Origin: Bacteroidaceae bacterium
GTDB taxonomy: Bacteria; Bacteroidota; Bacteroidia; Bacteroidales; Bacteroidaceae
DNA: 64,000 bases
Assembly (NCBI GenBank): GCA_017621515.1
Contig: JAGASY010000008.1
Location: forward strand, 8,759 to 72,758
Reading direction: 5' to 3'
Shown: one piece after another, positions 18,273-27,932 of the stretch
Numbering within the stretch: position 1 is the stretch's first letter
Layout: the number at the start of each line of letters is the position of its first letter
Made by a program: the position numbers and the translations under genes
The notes under the pieces: model-generated
Seen by the model: only the letters and a program-made list of their open reading frames with translations
Told to the model about the DNA's origin: nothing
Database searches by the model: none

Positions 18273-19940
18273 ATGAAAACAGACATTGAAATTGCGAGAG
18301 AGTGCCGGCTTGCTGAGATAGACGAAGTGGCACGCAAGATAGATATTCCGACAGACCGACTTGAATATTACGGCAAGAATATCGCCAAGGTTCCAGAAAG
18401 CCTTATTGATGAGGAAAAAGTCAAGAAAAGCAACTTGATTCTTGTCACAGCCATAACTCCGACAAAAGCAGGAATCGGTAAGACAACCGTATCAATAGGT
18501 CTGGCTCTTGGTTTGAACAAGATTGGCAAGAAGGCGGTGGTGGCACTGCGTGAGCCTTCTCTCGGTCCGTGTTTCGGACTTAAGGGAGGAGCCGCGGGAG
18601 GTGGATATGCCCAGGTGCTGCCTATGGAGAAGATTAATCTGCATTTCACGGGCGACTTCCATGCCATCACATCTGCACACAATATGATAAGCGCATTGCT
18701 TGATAACTATATATATCAGCACCGCGAAGAAGGATTTGCTCTGAAAGAAGTGTTGTGGAAACGAGTTCTTGATGTCAACGACCGCAACCTGCGTTTCGTT
18801 GTCACCGGACTGGGTGCAAAGACTGACGGAACTGTGCAGGAAAGTGGGTTCGATATAACTCCGGCAAGTGAGATTATGGCAATTCTGTGTCTGGCGAAAG
18901 ATAGGGACGACTTGCGTCGTCGTGTAGAGAACATACTTCTCGGAATCACGACAGACGGACGGCCGTTTACTGTGAAAGACATGGGAGTCGGAGGTGCCAT
19001 AACAGTGCTTCTGATGGATGCCATTCATCCGAATCTTGTGCAGACAACGGAGCAGACTCCGGCATTCGTACACGGAGGGCCGTTTGCTAACATCGCCCAC
19101 GGATGCAGTTCTATCCTATCGACCAAGCTTGCTATGACATTCGGAGATTATGTTGTCACGGAAGCTGGTTTCGGTGCTGACCTTGGCGCAGAGAAATTCT
19201 TTGACATAAAGTGCCGGAAAGCCGGTTTGCAGCCTAAACTTACTGTCATTGTTGCTACAACACAGGGACTGAAGATGCATGGCGGTGTTAGTCTGGACAA
19301 CATCAAACTTCCAAATGAACAAGGACTGAAAGATGGACTCAAGAATCTTGATCGTCATATCCATAATATGCAGTCATACGGACAGACTGTCGTGGTGGCT
19401 TTCAATCGCTATGCGACAGATACGGACGAAGAACTTGACATTGTGCGTCGCCATTGCGAGGAACTCGGTGTGGGATTCGCCATAAATAATGCTTTCCTTG
19501 AAGGAGGAGAAGGGGCTGTTGAACTTGCCAAGGTAGTTTGCGAACAGATAGACAGCCGTCCGTCGCAGCCGCTTCAGTTATGCTATGATGACCAAGACGA
19601 TATTAAAACTAAGGTGGAGAAGGTTTGTACGAAGATCTATGGTGCAGCAAGTGTAAGCTATGCCAAGGCCGCTGAAAAAATGCTGCAAAGAATAAAGTCG
19701 CTTGGTCTGGAGCATTATCCGGTATGTATTGCCAAGACTCAGTATTCATTTTCTGCCGATCCGGGTCTGTACGGCACTCCGTCAGGTTTCTCCATCCGCA
19801 TACGCGACTTTGTCATCAACCGTGGTGCGGAAATGATTGTTGCGATTGCCGGTGACATATTGCGTATGCCGGGATTGCCTCGCTCACCGCAAGCGGAGAG
19901 AATAGACATTGTTAATGGACAGATTGAAGGATTGTCCTGA
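18273..19940 (+). CDS. fhs: Formate--tetrahydrofolate ligase
   Basis: Begins MKTDIEIA; [11 protein letters not shown]-loop; [11 protein letters not shown]; [13 protein letters not shown]. The ORF extends back to 18177, but the conserved N-terminus starts at 18273. Confidence 0.95.
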   Translation: MKTDIEIARECRLAEIDEVARKIDIPTDRLEYYGKNIAKVPESLIDEEKVKKSNLILVTAITPTKAGIGKTTVSIGLALGLNKIGKKAVVALREPSLGPCFGLKGGAAGGGYAQVLPMEKINLHFTGDFHAITSAHNMISALLDNYIYQHREEGFALKEVLWKRVLDVNDRNLRFVVTGLGAKTDGTVQESGFDITPASEIMAILCLAKDRDDLRRRVENILLGITTDGRPFTVKDMGVGGAITVLLMDAIHPNLVQTTEQTPAFVHGGPFANIAHGCSSILSTKLAMTFGDYVVTEAGFGADLGAEKFFDIKCRKAGLQPKLTVIVATTQGLKMHGGVSLDNIKLPNEQGLKDGLKNLDRHIHNMQSYGQTVVVAFNRYATDTDEELDIVRRHCEELGVGFAINNAFLEGGEGAVELAKVVCEQIDSRPSQPLQLCYDDQDDIKTKVEKVCTKIYGAASVSYAKAAEKMLQRIKSLGLEHYPVCIAKTQYSFSADPGLYGTPSGFSIRIRDFVINRGAEMIVAIAGDILRMPGLPRSPQAERIDIVNGQIEGLS

Positions 19941-20033
19941 TTTTGAATTCATACCGGAGATTGAATGGCTCTTTATATGCGAAAGCTACATTCAGTCTCC
20001 GGAATATTTAGCCATCTTCAATATTTTGTGCAG

Positions 20034-21361
20034 ATGAAGATAAATCTAAAAAAATTCTTCCATATCAGTATCACGGAAGAAGAACAGCAACAAACAATTG
20101 ATTCAATTGTAAGCGGAATACAGTTCAAGGGGATGAATCTGTGGGTGCTTATATTCGCCATATTTATTGCTTCACTCGGACTGAATGTTAACTCGACAGC
20201 CGTCATAATCGGTGCCATGCTTATATCACCTCTGATGGGACCTATCATCGGAATGGGACTCTCCATTGGCATTACGGACTTTGATTACTAAAACGGTCGC
20301 TCAAGAACTTCGGTGTGGCAACAGGTATCTCGGTACTTACGGCAACCATTTATTTTACGGTCACTCCACTGACTGAAGCACAATCTGAATTGCTGGCGCG
20401 CACGTCGCCTAATATCTATGACGTGTTGATAGCCTTGTTTGGAGGACTGGCAGGTATTGTGGCGATATGTGCAAGAGAAAAAGGCAATGTGCTTCCGGGA
20501 GTTGCCATAGCTACAGCCCTTATGCCTCCGCTATGTACAGCCGGCTACGGAATTGCCACAGGGCAATGGATGTACTTTTTCGGAGCGTTCTATTTGTATT
20601 TCATAAACACCGTGTTCATCACTGTTGCTACATTCGTAGGAGTCAGAATGATGAATTTCTCATATAAGACATATATAGACAAGAAGCGGGGAAGCATATT
20701 GAAACGCTATATCTATATCATCGTCATTGCCACCATTATTCCTTCTGTAGTGATGACTTATAGCATCGTAAAAGAATCATTCTACAAGTCGCATGCAGGC
20801 GCATTCATCAACAATGAATTTAATTTCAGTCACACTCAGGTGATACAGAAAGAAATTTCCTACAAAAACAAGGAAATAAGGGTTGTGCTCATGGGTGAAG
20901 AACTACCGGCGAAAATGATTGCAACCGTAGAACAGAGAATGGATGGTTACAAACTGAAAGGCACAAAACTTATTGTCATACAGGGAATCAACAACAGTAA
21001 CAATGTAGATGTCTCATCCATTAAAACCATCGTAATGAAAGACCTGTATGAGAAGAATGAAAAAACGATAGAGGAGCAGCGCAAGCAAATAGAAACACTT
21101 GAAAATGCTGCGGAGCAGGAGAAGAAGTTTGGTGAACTTACTATGGCGCTAAGCTGTGAAATATCTACGCTTTTTCCCGGTATAAAGTCGCTCACGCTCA
21201 ACCGCACTGTCAGATGCTATACTACAGACTCCATAGCTCCTGACACATTGTGTCTTGCCACTCTTTCTTTCGACAAACAACCGAAGCAGGAGGAGCTGAC
21301 GCGGTTGAAAAACTGGCTTATGAAGCGTACTCAAGAAAAGAATCTGGAGATTCTATATTAA
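20034..21361 (+). pseudogene. DUF389 family membrane protein, interrupted by a single-base frameshift near 20283-20287
   Basis: The N-terminal part (20034-20291, ...[13 protein letters not shown]) continues as ..[24 protein letters not shown].. in the frame offset by one base. MPPLCTAGYG is typical of DUF389. Confidence 0.75.
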
Positions 21362-21848
21362 TCTGGGAACAGGGGGAGTAAAGAAAAAGAGGGAATAAGA
21401 AGTTTTTCATTCGAGCGCAGCTATAGGGGCAGATTTATGTCTGACATCATCTATACATATTGAAGGGGACAGGTGAGAAGTAACCTTTGGCATATTATCT
21501 GATATTATTTTGATATTCAGCATATATAATGAAACAAATATGTTAACATGTAAACAAATCGATTACAAAAATATTGTTGCAAAAGTTAATTTTTCTATTT
21601 CTTTGCAGATAATATATAAATAAAAGGGAGGAGAACATGAAAAATGAATAAAAGAATATATAGAAGATCGGGAGATAAGAAACGATTTCACATAAATCTA
21701 TAGAAAACAAACATTGCATGGGAGGCAGATTCTGGCTTTCCATGCAATACCGGAATCAGCCTATACATTATAACAGAGAAGCATAATATGGATGCCTTGT
21801 CAGTAAATATAACAGGGAATTACCAATAAAAAATAATAACATACAGAT

Positions 21849-22079
21849 ATGCACATAGGGAATCAAATAAAAATGAAGATGAAGGAGAAAAAGAAAAGTG
21901 TCGTATGGTTAGCAAACGAGCTTGGATATAGCCGCATAAACATATACAAAATCTTTGATAAAAGAAGCATTGACTCCAACATATTATTGCGCATATCAAC
22001 AATACTTGATTTCGATTTTTTCAGTCTATACACAGAAGAACTTGAACAGAAAAAGCAGCACTGCGATCAAGAAGTGTAG
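21849..22079 (+). CDS. Small XRE-type helix-turn-helix DNA-binding protein
   Basis: 76 aa. IGNQIK..KK.SVVWLANELGYSRINIYKIF fits an HTH_XRE layout. Confidence 0.6.
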   Translation: MHIGNQIKMKMKEKKKSVVWLANELGYSRINIYKIFDKRSIDSNILLRISTILDFDFFSLYTEELEQKKQHCDQEV

Positions 22080-22126
22080 TAAAAACAGAATATCTTCTAT
22101 CTAAAATCGAAAAATACAGACCTTTT

Positions 22127-22158
22127 TTTGGTCACAAACAAAAAAAGTAATACCTTTG
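22127..22158 (+). promoter_or_regulatory. Bacteroidota-type promoter for tRNA-Leu (TTTG-N20-TACCTTTG)
   Basis: TTTG at 22127-22130 and TAccTTTG at 22151-22158, about 24 nt upstream of the tRNA 5' end. Confidence 0.55.
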
Positions 22159-22181
22159 CAACGCATTCGGAAATGCAGAAT

Positions 22182-22263
22182 GCCCAGATGGCGGAATCGG
22201 TAGACGCGCTGGTCTCAAACACCAGTGGAGCAATCCATCCCGGTTCGATCCCGGGTCTGGGTA
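22182..22263 (+). tRNA. tRNA-Leu (anticodon CAA), class II with long variable arm
   Basis: Cloverleaf folded by hand: acceptor GCCCAGA/TCTGGGT, anticodon stem CTGGT/ACCAG with loop CTCAAAC, variable arm TGGAGCAATCCATC, T-arm CCCGG-TTCGATC-CCGGG. CCA is not encoded. Confidence 0.9.
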
Positions 22264-22386
22264 CAGGTAAAAGCTAAGTATTGATTTTTTCAATTACTTG
22301 GCTTTTCTTTTTTATCAGACTCTTCGGGTCAGCAGATTTGGGTATAAAAAAGGTCAGCTAATAAATATTATCGCTGATTTTGCTAT

Positions 22387-23058
22387 ATGAAGAAGAAACT
22401 TAAATTGAATATAATGAAAAATAAAATGAACTTATTCGGGGCGATGGCACAGTTGTTCCTGCGCGATGAAAGTGAGGAACAAAATAATCTTGCCATTATT
22501 CCTTTGTCAGAGTCGTTTAAGAAGTTATACCCGAAAAGTGCTTGGATGCCGTTGGTAGATAGAGCCGTTGCCAAAAATAAAGCATTCAATAAAGTGGAGA
22601 CATCTGACTATATCCATTTTCCTGATATAGAGAATATAAAGACGTTTGGTGAGGTGATAGACAGATATAAAGGAAAGGTCGTTTTCATGGATATTTGGGC
22701 AACTTGGTGCGCCCCATGCCGAAAATCGTTTGCGTACATCAAACCGTTGCAGGAGTATGTGAAGAGTCATGACGATATTGTTCTGCTTTATCTGAGCATT
22801 GACCGTCAAGAAGACGATGCGAAATGGCATAAGATGGTCGCATCATACGGCTTGATGGGAGAGCGCATACGCATGCAGGAAGCTTTCCATAGTGAAATAT
22901 ATAAAACATTTGGGGACATACATGGAGTCTTGTCTATACCTCGTTATGTCATTTTCGATAAAAGCGGAAAGATTCACTTCAATGCGGCTGCGTCTCCCGA
23001 AAACATGGAAGAGCTGCAATCGCAACTTGAAGAAGCATCAAGAGCTAATAAAAGATGA
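22387..23058 (+). CDS. TlpA/thioredoxin-like thiol-disulfide oxidoreductase family protein
   Basis: 223 aa. FMDIWATWCAPCRKSF CxxC motif and a thioredoxin-fold C-terminus (SIPRYVIFDKSGKI). Confidence 0.8.
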   Translation: MKKKLKLNIMKNKMNLFGAMAQLFLRDESEEQNNLAIIPLSESFKKLYPKSAWMPLVDRAVAKNKAFNKVETSDYIHFPDIENIKTFGEVIDRYKGKVVFMDIWATWCAPCRKSFAYIKPLQEYVKSHDDIVLLYLSIDRQEDDAKWHKMVASYGLMGERIRMQEAFHSEIYKTFGDIHGVLSIPRYVIFDKSGKIHFNAAASPENMEELQSQLEEASRANKR

Positions 23059-23094
23059 ATGGTTCTCAAAAAAGGCTGTTTTTGAGAACCATTC
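23057..23094 (+). terminator. Hairpin terminator overlapping the stop codon; a second similar hairpin follows at about 23103-23132
   Basis: GAATGGTTCTCAAAAA-aggctg-TTTTTGAGAACCATTC, then CTTCTCAAAAA-tcgtc-TTTTTTGAGAAG. Confidence 0.6.
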
Positions 23095-23332
23095 ATCGCA
23101 ATACTTCTCAAAAATCGTCTTTTTTGAGAAGTGTTTTTCTTCTAATTCAAATTCAATTGGAAGAATAGAGATTTTTAGTTTCATTCTGACTTCTCCGCAT
23201 ATATTTCAAAATTTAATAGGCTATTGTCGTAGATAAGTTTAACTAATTATTCTGGTTTATACATTGTTGTAACCTATATTTAAAGCTCCATAAAAAATTT
23301 TTTGACATCGTTTTTTGAGGTATATTTTGTTT

Positions 23333-24074
23333 TGATAAAATGTCGATGTATTTTGAATAATACAATCATATTGACAAATAATATTTGTTCTCGCTGTCTT
23401 TTTGATTTTGCCAAATGTTAAAATCCTGAGCCCTCTGGAATGCTTCAAAATGAGGCGCGCCGAACTTTTCTCAAAGAATGGGGATTTTGTGAGCGTTTTC
23501 AAAAGCTTTCACGAATTGTGAAATAGTGTTTCGTTTTAGAACGGTTCTTTCACATTTGTTTATTCTTGACGAAGAGTTTTCTGGAGAAGAGTACTAAGTT
23601 TTTAAATTTTCAGCGTACTGTTTTTTTCTTCGCAGCGCACTGCAATTTTCTTCACAGCGCACTGGAAATTCTCTCACTGTGCGCTGAAAATTTGATGATA
23701 GTGCGCTGAAATTAAAAAAATACTGGGATGTGGAGAATAAGACAGCGGAGTTCATCCTAAATGTTAAGAAGTGTATAATTTGTTGCATGGGAAGAGGGGC
23801 AGAACAGAAACTGAAAAATGGGTATTGTTCGGGCGGTATTTGGGAACGGAAACGGTGGACTTATTTGTAATATATTAATAATCAGAGATTTATCAGAATA
23901 CTCAAATTTATCGAAAAATTGCGTCCGGCGCATTTTTTGAACGATTTCTATAAAATTATATCTTTTTGATTATCAGAGTCTTATCTTTGAGTCAAAATTT
24001 TCGTCTTCTCGCCATCGACAAAATATCGCTCCAAGTGTTAAATTTTCATTTTGAGTGAAAATATCATTTTGTCA
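23333..24074 (-). repeat. Copy C of the 742-744 bp ORF-less modular element (most diverged copy)
   Basis: Its reverse complement is collinear with copy A. The ends are TGATAAAATG (degenerate) and TATCATTTTGTCA. The CAGCGCRC array lies at 23611-23707. Confidence 0.85.
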
Positions 24075-24116
24075 AATTGAAAAATGCCGTTTTAGCATGA
24101 TTTTCTACTGTTTTAT

Positions 24117-24180
24117 GTGGTATCCGTCACAGGTCTCCCCCTCCCCAAAAATAGAATAAGGTTAGGAGAGCCTGTGATGA
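24117..24180. repeat. REP-like palindrome (GTGGTATCCGTCACAGGTCTCC ... GGAGAGCCTGTGATGA)
   Basis: Inverted arms seen directly. It lies about 42 bp outside the left end of element copy C. Confidence 0.6.
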
Positions 24181-24220
24181 AGAATGCTGTAGAATATGAT
24201 TATTTTAAAAATAAGATAGT

Positions 24221-24901
24221 TTATAGGTCTTCGCCATTTGCCCTATTGTATTCATTATCATAGAACATAGTAATATAGTATTTTCCAAAATATTGAGAAA
24301 TTATAAACCATACAGGCTTTTTTGTAATAGTTTCAGTAACATAGTTTAAAGATGCTTTGTATATTATATCTTTTTTGGTTTCTTCTGTGAGGTTGTCAAA
24401 TTCTTGTTGAGTGTATTTTTCTAAAATATACGCTTGTAATTTGTTAGCGATTTCTATAGAATCTGCAATTAGTGCTCTTTGATAAAATATAGCTTGGTAT
24501 CTTTTGTTATTCACTGTTAATTCATAGGATATGTTTTCATCGTCAGCTATTGTATAATCGTCAAAACTTATATAATTAGAGTTGCTTTGAAATTGCTGAC
24601 ATAATTTATTAAAGCGGATTTTAATGTTTGTTTCATCTGTTTGATGCATGTCACATACCATAATTCGGCATACTTTATTATTGTTCGTCGCAATATGTAC
24701 ATACACTTGTGTGCCGTTAAATTCTCCTTCTAACACATCTTTGTCAGTTGCAGAATTTACGAATCCTTTTCCTTTAAGTTTTTGGATCATTTCAGATTTA
24801 AAACCATCGATAGGAATTCCCATAAATTTAGTTACATCTTTTTGAGCAAATAGAGAATTTGAGATTACCAATAAAACAATAATAAATAGTTTTCTTCTCA
24901 T
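24221..24901 (-). CDS. Hypothetical secreted protein
   Basis: 226 aa. N-terminal signal peptide MRRKLFIIVLLVISNSLFAQ. I recognise no family. Confidence 0.65.
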   Translation of the reverse strand: MRRKLFIIVLLVISNSLFAQKDVTKFMGIPIDGFKSEMIQKLKGKGFVNSATDKDVLEGEFNGTQVYVHIATNNNKVCRIMVCDMHQTDETNIKIRFNKLCQQFQSNSNYISFDDYTIADDENISYELTVNNKRYQAIFYQRALIADSIEIANKLQAYILEKYTQQEFDNLTEETKKDIIYKASLNYVTETITKKPVWFIISQYFGKYYITMFYDNEYNRANGEDL

Positions 24902-24982
24902 AGCTTTTTAATTTTATCTTACCTCCAGCTACCACAAGGATTGTTTATTATATCACAGAAGCGTGGAACTGCAATGCCACGT

Positions 24983-25110
24983 CTTAGTTTGAAGGTCGTA
25001 GGAAACCCATATATACAGATGTAGTAATAGCAGCCCACGCTATAGCGTGAGAACCACTATGCTATCCTCGTATATATTTTTGAAAATTTCCTACGTTTTC
25101 AAACTACAAG
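24983..25110. other. Imperfect hairpin of about 130 nt (candidate structured RNA or palindromic element)
   Basis: TAGTTTGAA..CGTAGGAAA pairs with TTTCCTACG..TTCAAACTA. Inner pairs are ATATATAC/GTATATAT, and the centre is the palindrome CACGCTATAGCGTG. Confidence 0.3.
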
Positions 25111-25344
25111 ATAAGCATAACGCTTCTTCTTTTTCTAATATGTCTTGGATGTAGGTTTTCCTACTCCGGTGGCAAAGATATAAAAATAGTCTGATATAAT
25201 GCAATATATGAGTAGATTATAATTTTGTTTTTCTTCTTTCCTTTTTATGCTTCTGGGTTACGCTGAATCAATATCTTTGGTATGTTGTTATATTATGAGT
25301 GTCAAAACAAAGATAATGTATATAAGATTAGAATACTTAGAAGA

Positions 25345-25387
25345 AGTGGTGTGGTAGCGACGGAGGAGTCTGTCGGATACATCCATA
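25345..25387. repeat. Partial REP-like unit (GTGGTGTGGTAGCGACGGAGGAGTCTGTCGGATACATCC)
   Basis: Nearly identical to part of the 59894-60085 cluster. Confidence 0.65.
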
Positions 25388-25447
25388 AAGATACATGGTA
25401 GGTTTATTCTTGCAACTATGTAGAATCTCCGAAGATGTTTTAAACTG

Positions 25448-25485
25448 GAAGAATCTCAGCTCTATATTCAGAACTGAGATTCTTT
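25448..25485 (-). terminator. Hairpin downstream of argD
   Basis: AGAATCTCAG-ctctatattcagaa-CTGAGATTCT. Confidence 0.5.
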
Positions 25486-25532
25486 CGACATTGGACAGTC
25501 CTTGTAGAGGACTTATAGTTAGGTAGGATAAA

Positions 25533-26660
25533 TTACAATACGGCCTTCAGTCTGGCGATGAAGTCGTCAGCTTCCGCCATTGTCAGGCAAAGAGGAGGAA
25601 GCAGACGGAGCGTGTTTGTTCCGCTGCATCCGGTGAAACAATGTTGCTCGTGGATAAGGCGGTTGCGCACCTCCTTGTAAGGGGTGTCAAGTTCTATGCC
25701 AATCATGAGACCGCGACCGCGAACATCAACCACGTGAGGCAGGTTGGCAGCCTTGAGCTGTTCCATCAGGTATTCTCCGACCTTTTCTGCATTCTCTATC
25801 AGGTTCTCGTTCTCGATGATGTCGAGTACGGCAAGGGCGCCGGCACATGCAAGATGGTTTCCGCCGAAAGTGGTTCCCAGTTGTCCATAGACTGGCTTGA
25901 ATTTCGGAGAAATAAGCAGACCGCTCATCGGGAATCCATTGGCAATTCCTTTTGCCACCGTGATGAGGTCTGGTTTTATACCAAGATGCTGGTGGGCGAA
26001 AAAGCGTCCGGAACGACCGTATCCGCACTGGATTTCATCGCATATAAGTATGGTGTTGTGCTTCTCGCACAGAGCACTGAGCTCCTGCATGAACTCGGCT
26101 GTTGCCAAGCGTATGCCGCCGACACCTTGTATGCACTCGATGATACATGCGCATACGTCTCCCTTTTCAATTTCTTTCTTCCATGCCTCAATTTCGTTGA
26201 GAGGGAGGTATGTCACATGGCCGTTGGCATTGATCGGCGCGATAATCTTTGGATTGGCTGTAGCTTCTACAGCAAGCGATGTGCGTCCGTGAAACGCTTT
26301 CTCGGCAGATAAGATGCGTGTGCGTCCGTTATAGAAGGACGCAAGTTTCAGTGCGTTCTCATTGGCTTCTGCACCCGAATTGATTAGGAACAGTTGGTAG
26401 TCCTCATATCCGCAGACCTTTCCGAGTCGTTCTGCCAGTTTCTGCTGGAGAGGGTTGATGACTGAATTGCTGTAGAAACCGAGCTTGTTCAGCTGTTTCG
26501 TCATGGCATCCACATAGTGGGGATGGCAATGTCCCACGCTGATTACGGCATGTCCGCCATAGAAGTCAAGATATTCTTGTCCTTTGTTGTCCCAGACTTT
26601 GCATCCGAGACCTTTCTCTATGGCTATATCAAATAATGGATATACGTCAAATAATTGCAT
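25533..26660 (-). CDS. argD: Acetyl/succinyl-ornithine aminotransferase (class III PLP aminotransferase)
   Basis: 375 aa. GGHAVISVGHCHP, DEIQCGYGRSGRFFA, TVAKGIANGFPM (PLP lysine). It is the last gene of the arg operon. Confidence 0.9.
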   Translation of the reverse strand: MQLFDVYPLFDIAIEKGLGCKVWDNKGQEYLDFYGGHAVISVGHCHPHYVDAMTKQLNKLGFYSNSVINPLQQKLAERLGKVCGYEDYQLFLINSGAEANENALKLASFYNGRTRILSAEKAFHGRTSLAVEATANPKIIAPINANGHVTYLPLNEIEAWKKEIEKGDVCACIIECIQGVGGIRLATAEFMQELSALCEKHNTILICDEIQCGYGRSGRFFAHQHLGIKPDLITVAKGIANGFPMSGLLISPKFKPVYGQLGTTFGGNHLACAGALAVLDIIENENLIENAEKVGEYLMEQLKAANLPHVVDVRGRGLMIGIELDTPYKEVRNRLIHEQHCFTGCSGTNTLRLLPPLCLTMAEADDFIARLKAVL

Positions 26661-26676
26661 GATGCTTGTTTTATAA

Positions 26677-27669
26677 TTAAAATGCTGATGGCTTCAGGCG
26701 GAGACCCGATGTCTCGTCAATTCCGAACATGAGATTCATGTTCTGCACTGCCTGACCTACTGCACCTTTGAGCAGATTGTCGATGACAGAGGTGATGACC
26801 GCCTTGTTGCCGAACTTGTCGATGTGGACAAGGGCTTTGTTGGTGTTGACCACCTGCTTCAAGTCAATCTGTTTGTCTGTGTAATGTGTAAAAGCTGCTG
26901 TGGCATAGAATGTCTTGTACATTTCTGCAAGCTGTTCGCCTGTCGGGTTTGTCGGACTTCCTTCCTCACCCTCAAACTTGACCACCTCGGTACAGAATAT
27001 TCCGCGTGCAAAATCTCCGCGATAAGGGATAAAGTCGATGCTTGCTTCAAGAGAACCTTGAAGCTCTGTGAGTGACTGACGTATTTCGTGCAGATGTTGG
27101 TGATTGAACACTTTATACACGCTCATATTATTGTTGCGCCATGAGAAATGTGTTGTTGCGCCGGGCTTTTGTCCTGCTCCGGTGGAACCGGTGATGGCAT
27201 TTACTGCCACATCGTTGGTCAGCAGTCCGGCTTTTGCCAGAGGAAGTAGTCCGAGTTGTATGCAGGTGGCAAAGCATCCCGGATTGGCAAGGTGGCAGCA
27301 GTTCTTTATTTCCTCCTTGTGTATTTCCGGCAGACCATATATATAGTCGTGTGTCGGAGAAGCTATGCGGAAATCTTGGGCAAGATCTATGATTTTTACA
27401 TGGGCAGGGATTGTGCGCTCTTTAAGAAAAGCCTCGCTTTTGCCGTGTCCGAAGCAGAAGAATACGACATCAACATGGTCAAAAGGCATTGCGTCCGTGA
27501 ACTCCATGTCTGTTTCGCCGATAAGTCCTTCGTGTACGTCTGTAATTTTGTTGCCCGCATTCGAGCCGCTGTTCACGAATACAATCTCTGCGTCCGGATG
27601 GTTGAGCAGAAGACGGATAAGTTCGCCTCCTGTGTATCCGGCTCCGCCGAGTATTCCGATTCTAATCAT
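26677..27669 (-). CDS. argC: N-acetyl-gamma-glutamyl-phosphate reductase
   Basis: 330 aa. GILGGAGYTGGELIRLL Rossmann motif and the active-site region ANPGCFATC. Confidence 0.9.
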   Translation of the reverse strand: MIRIGILGGAGYTGGELIRLLLNHPDAEIVFVNSGSNAGNKITDVHEGLIGETDMEFTDAMPFDHVDVVFFCFGHGKSEAFLKERTIPAHVKIIDLAQDFRIASPTHDYIYGLPEIHKEEIKNCCHLANPGCFATCIQLGLLPLAKAGLLTNDVAVNAITGSTGAGQKPGATTHFSWRNNNMSVYKVFNHQHLHEIRQSLTELQGSLEASIDFIPYRGDFARGIFCTEVVKFEGEEGSPTNPTGEQLAEMYKTFYATAAFTHYTDKQIDLKQVVNTNKALVHIDKFGNKAVITSVIDNLLKGAVGQAVQNMNLMFGIDETSGLRLKPSAF

Positions 27670-27878
27670 TGTCTGTATATGTTAGGCTCTTCCGGTATGA
27701 TGAAGAGCAAGATGATATAAACGATAATTCCTGAGAATGCTGTAAATACGGTCAGAAGCGTATAGATGACGCGTATGACTGTCGGATCCATTCCTAAATA
27801 GTTGGCGATTCCTGCACAGACTCCGCCAAGCATACGTCCTGTCCGAGGACGTACAAGTCTTTTGTCGTTGGTTTCCAT
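27666..27878 (-). CDS. PspC domain-containing small membrane protein
   Basis: 70 aa. R..GRMLGGVCAGIANYLGMDPTVIRVIY plus one TM helix. It overlaps the argC start by 4 nt. Confidence 0.8.
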   Translation of the reverse strand: METNDKRLVRPRTGRMLGGVCAGIANYLGMDPTVIRVIYTLLTVFTAFSGIIVYIILLFIIPEEPNIYRQ

Positions 27879-27932
27879 AATTATATATGGTATTGATGAA
27901 TATTGCTTGTTTTGACTGACGGGAAGGAATAT

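Noticed and set aside
21400-21848. AT-rich gap of about 450 bp with small ORFs (21543-21743, 21820-22002) and a 9-bp stem hairpin at about 21714-21752
   Set aside because: No conserved motif, repeat-family membership or convincing structure. It is probably the promoter region for the HTH gene.
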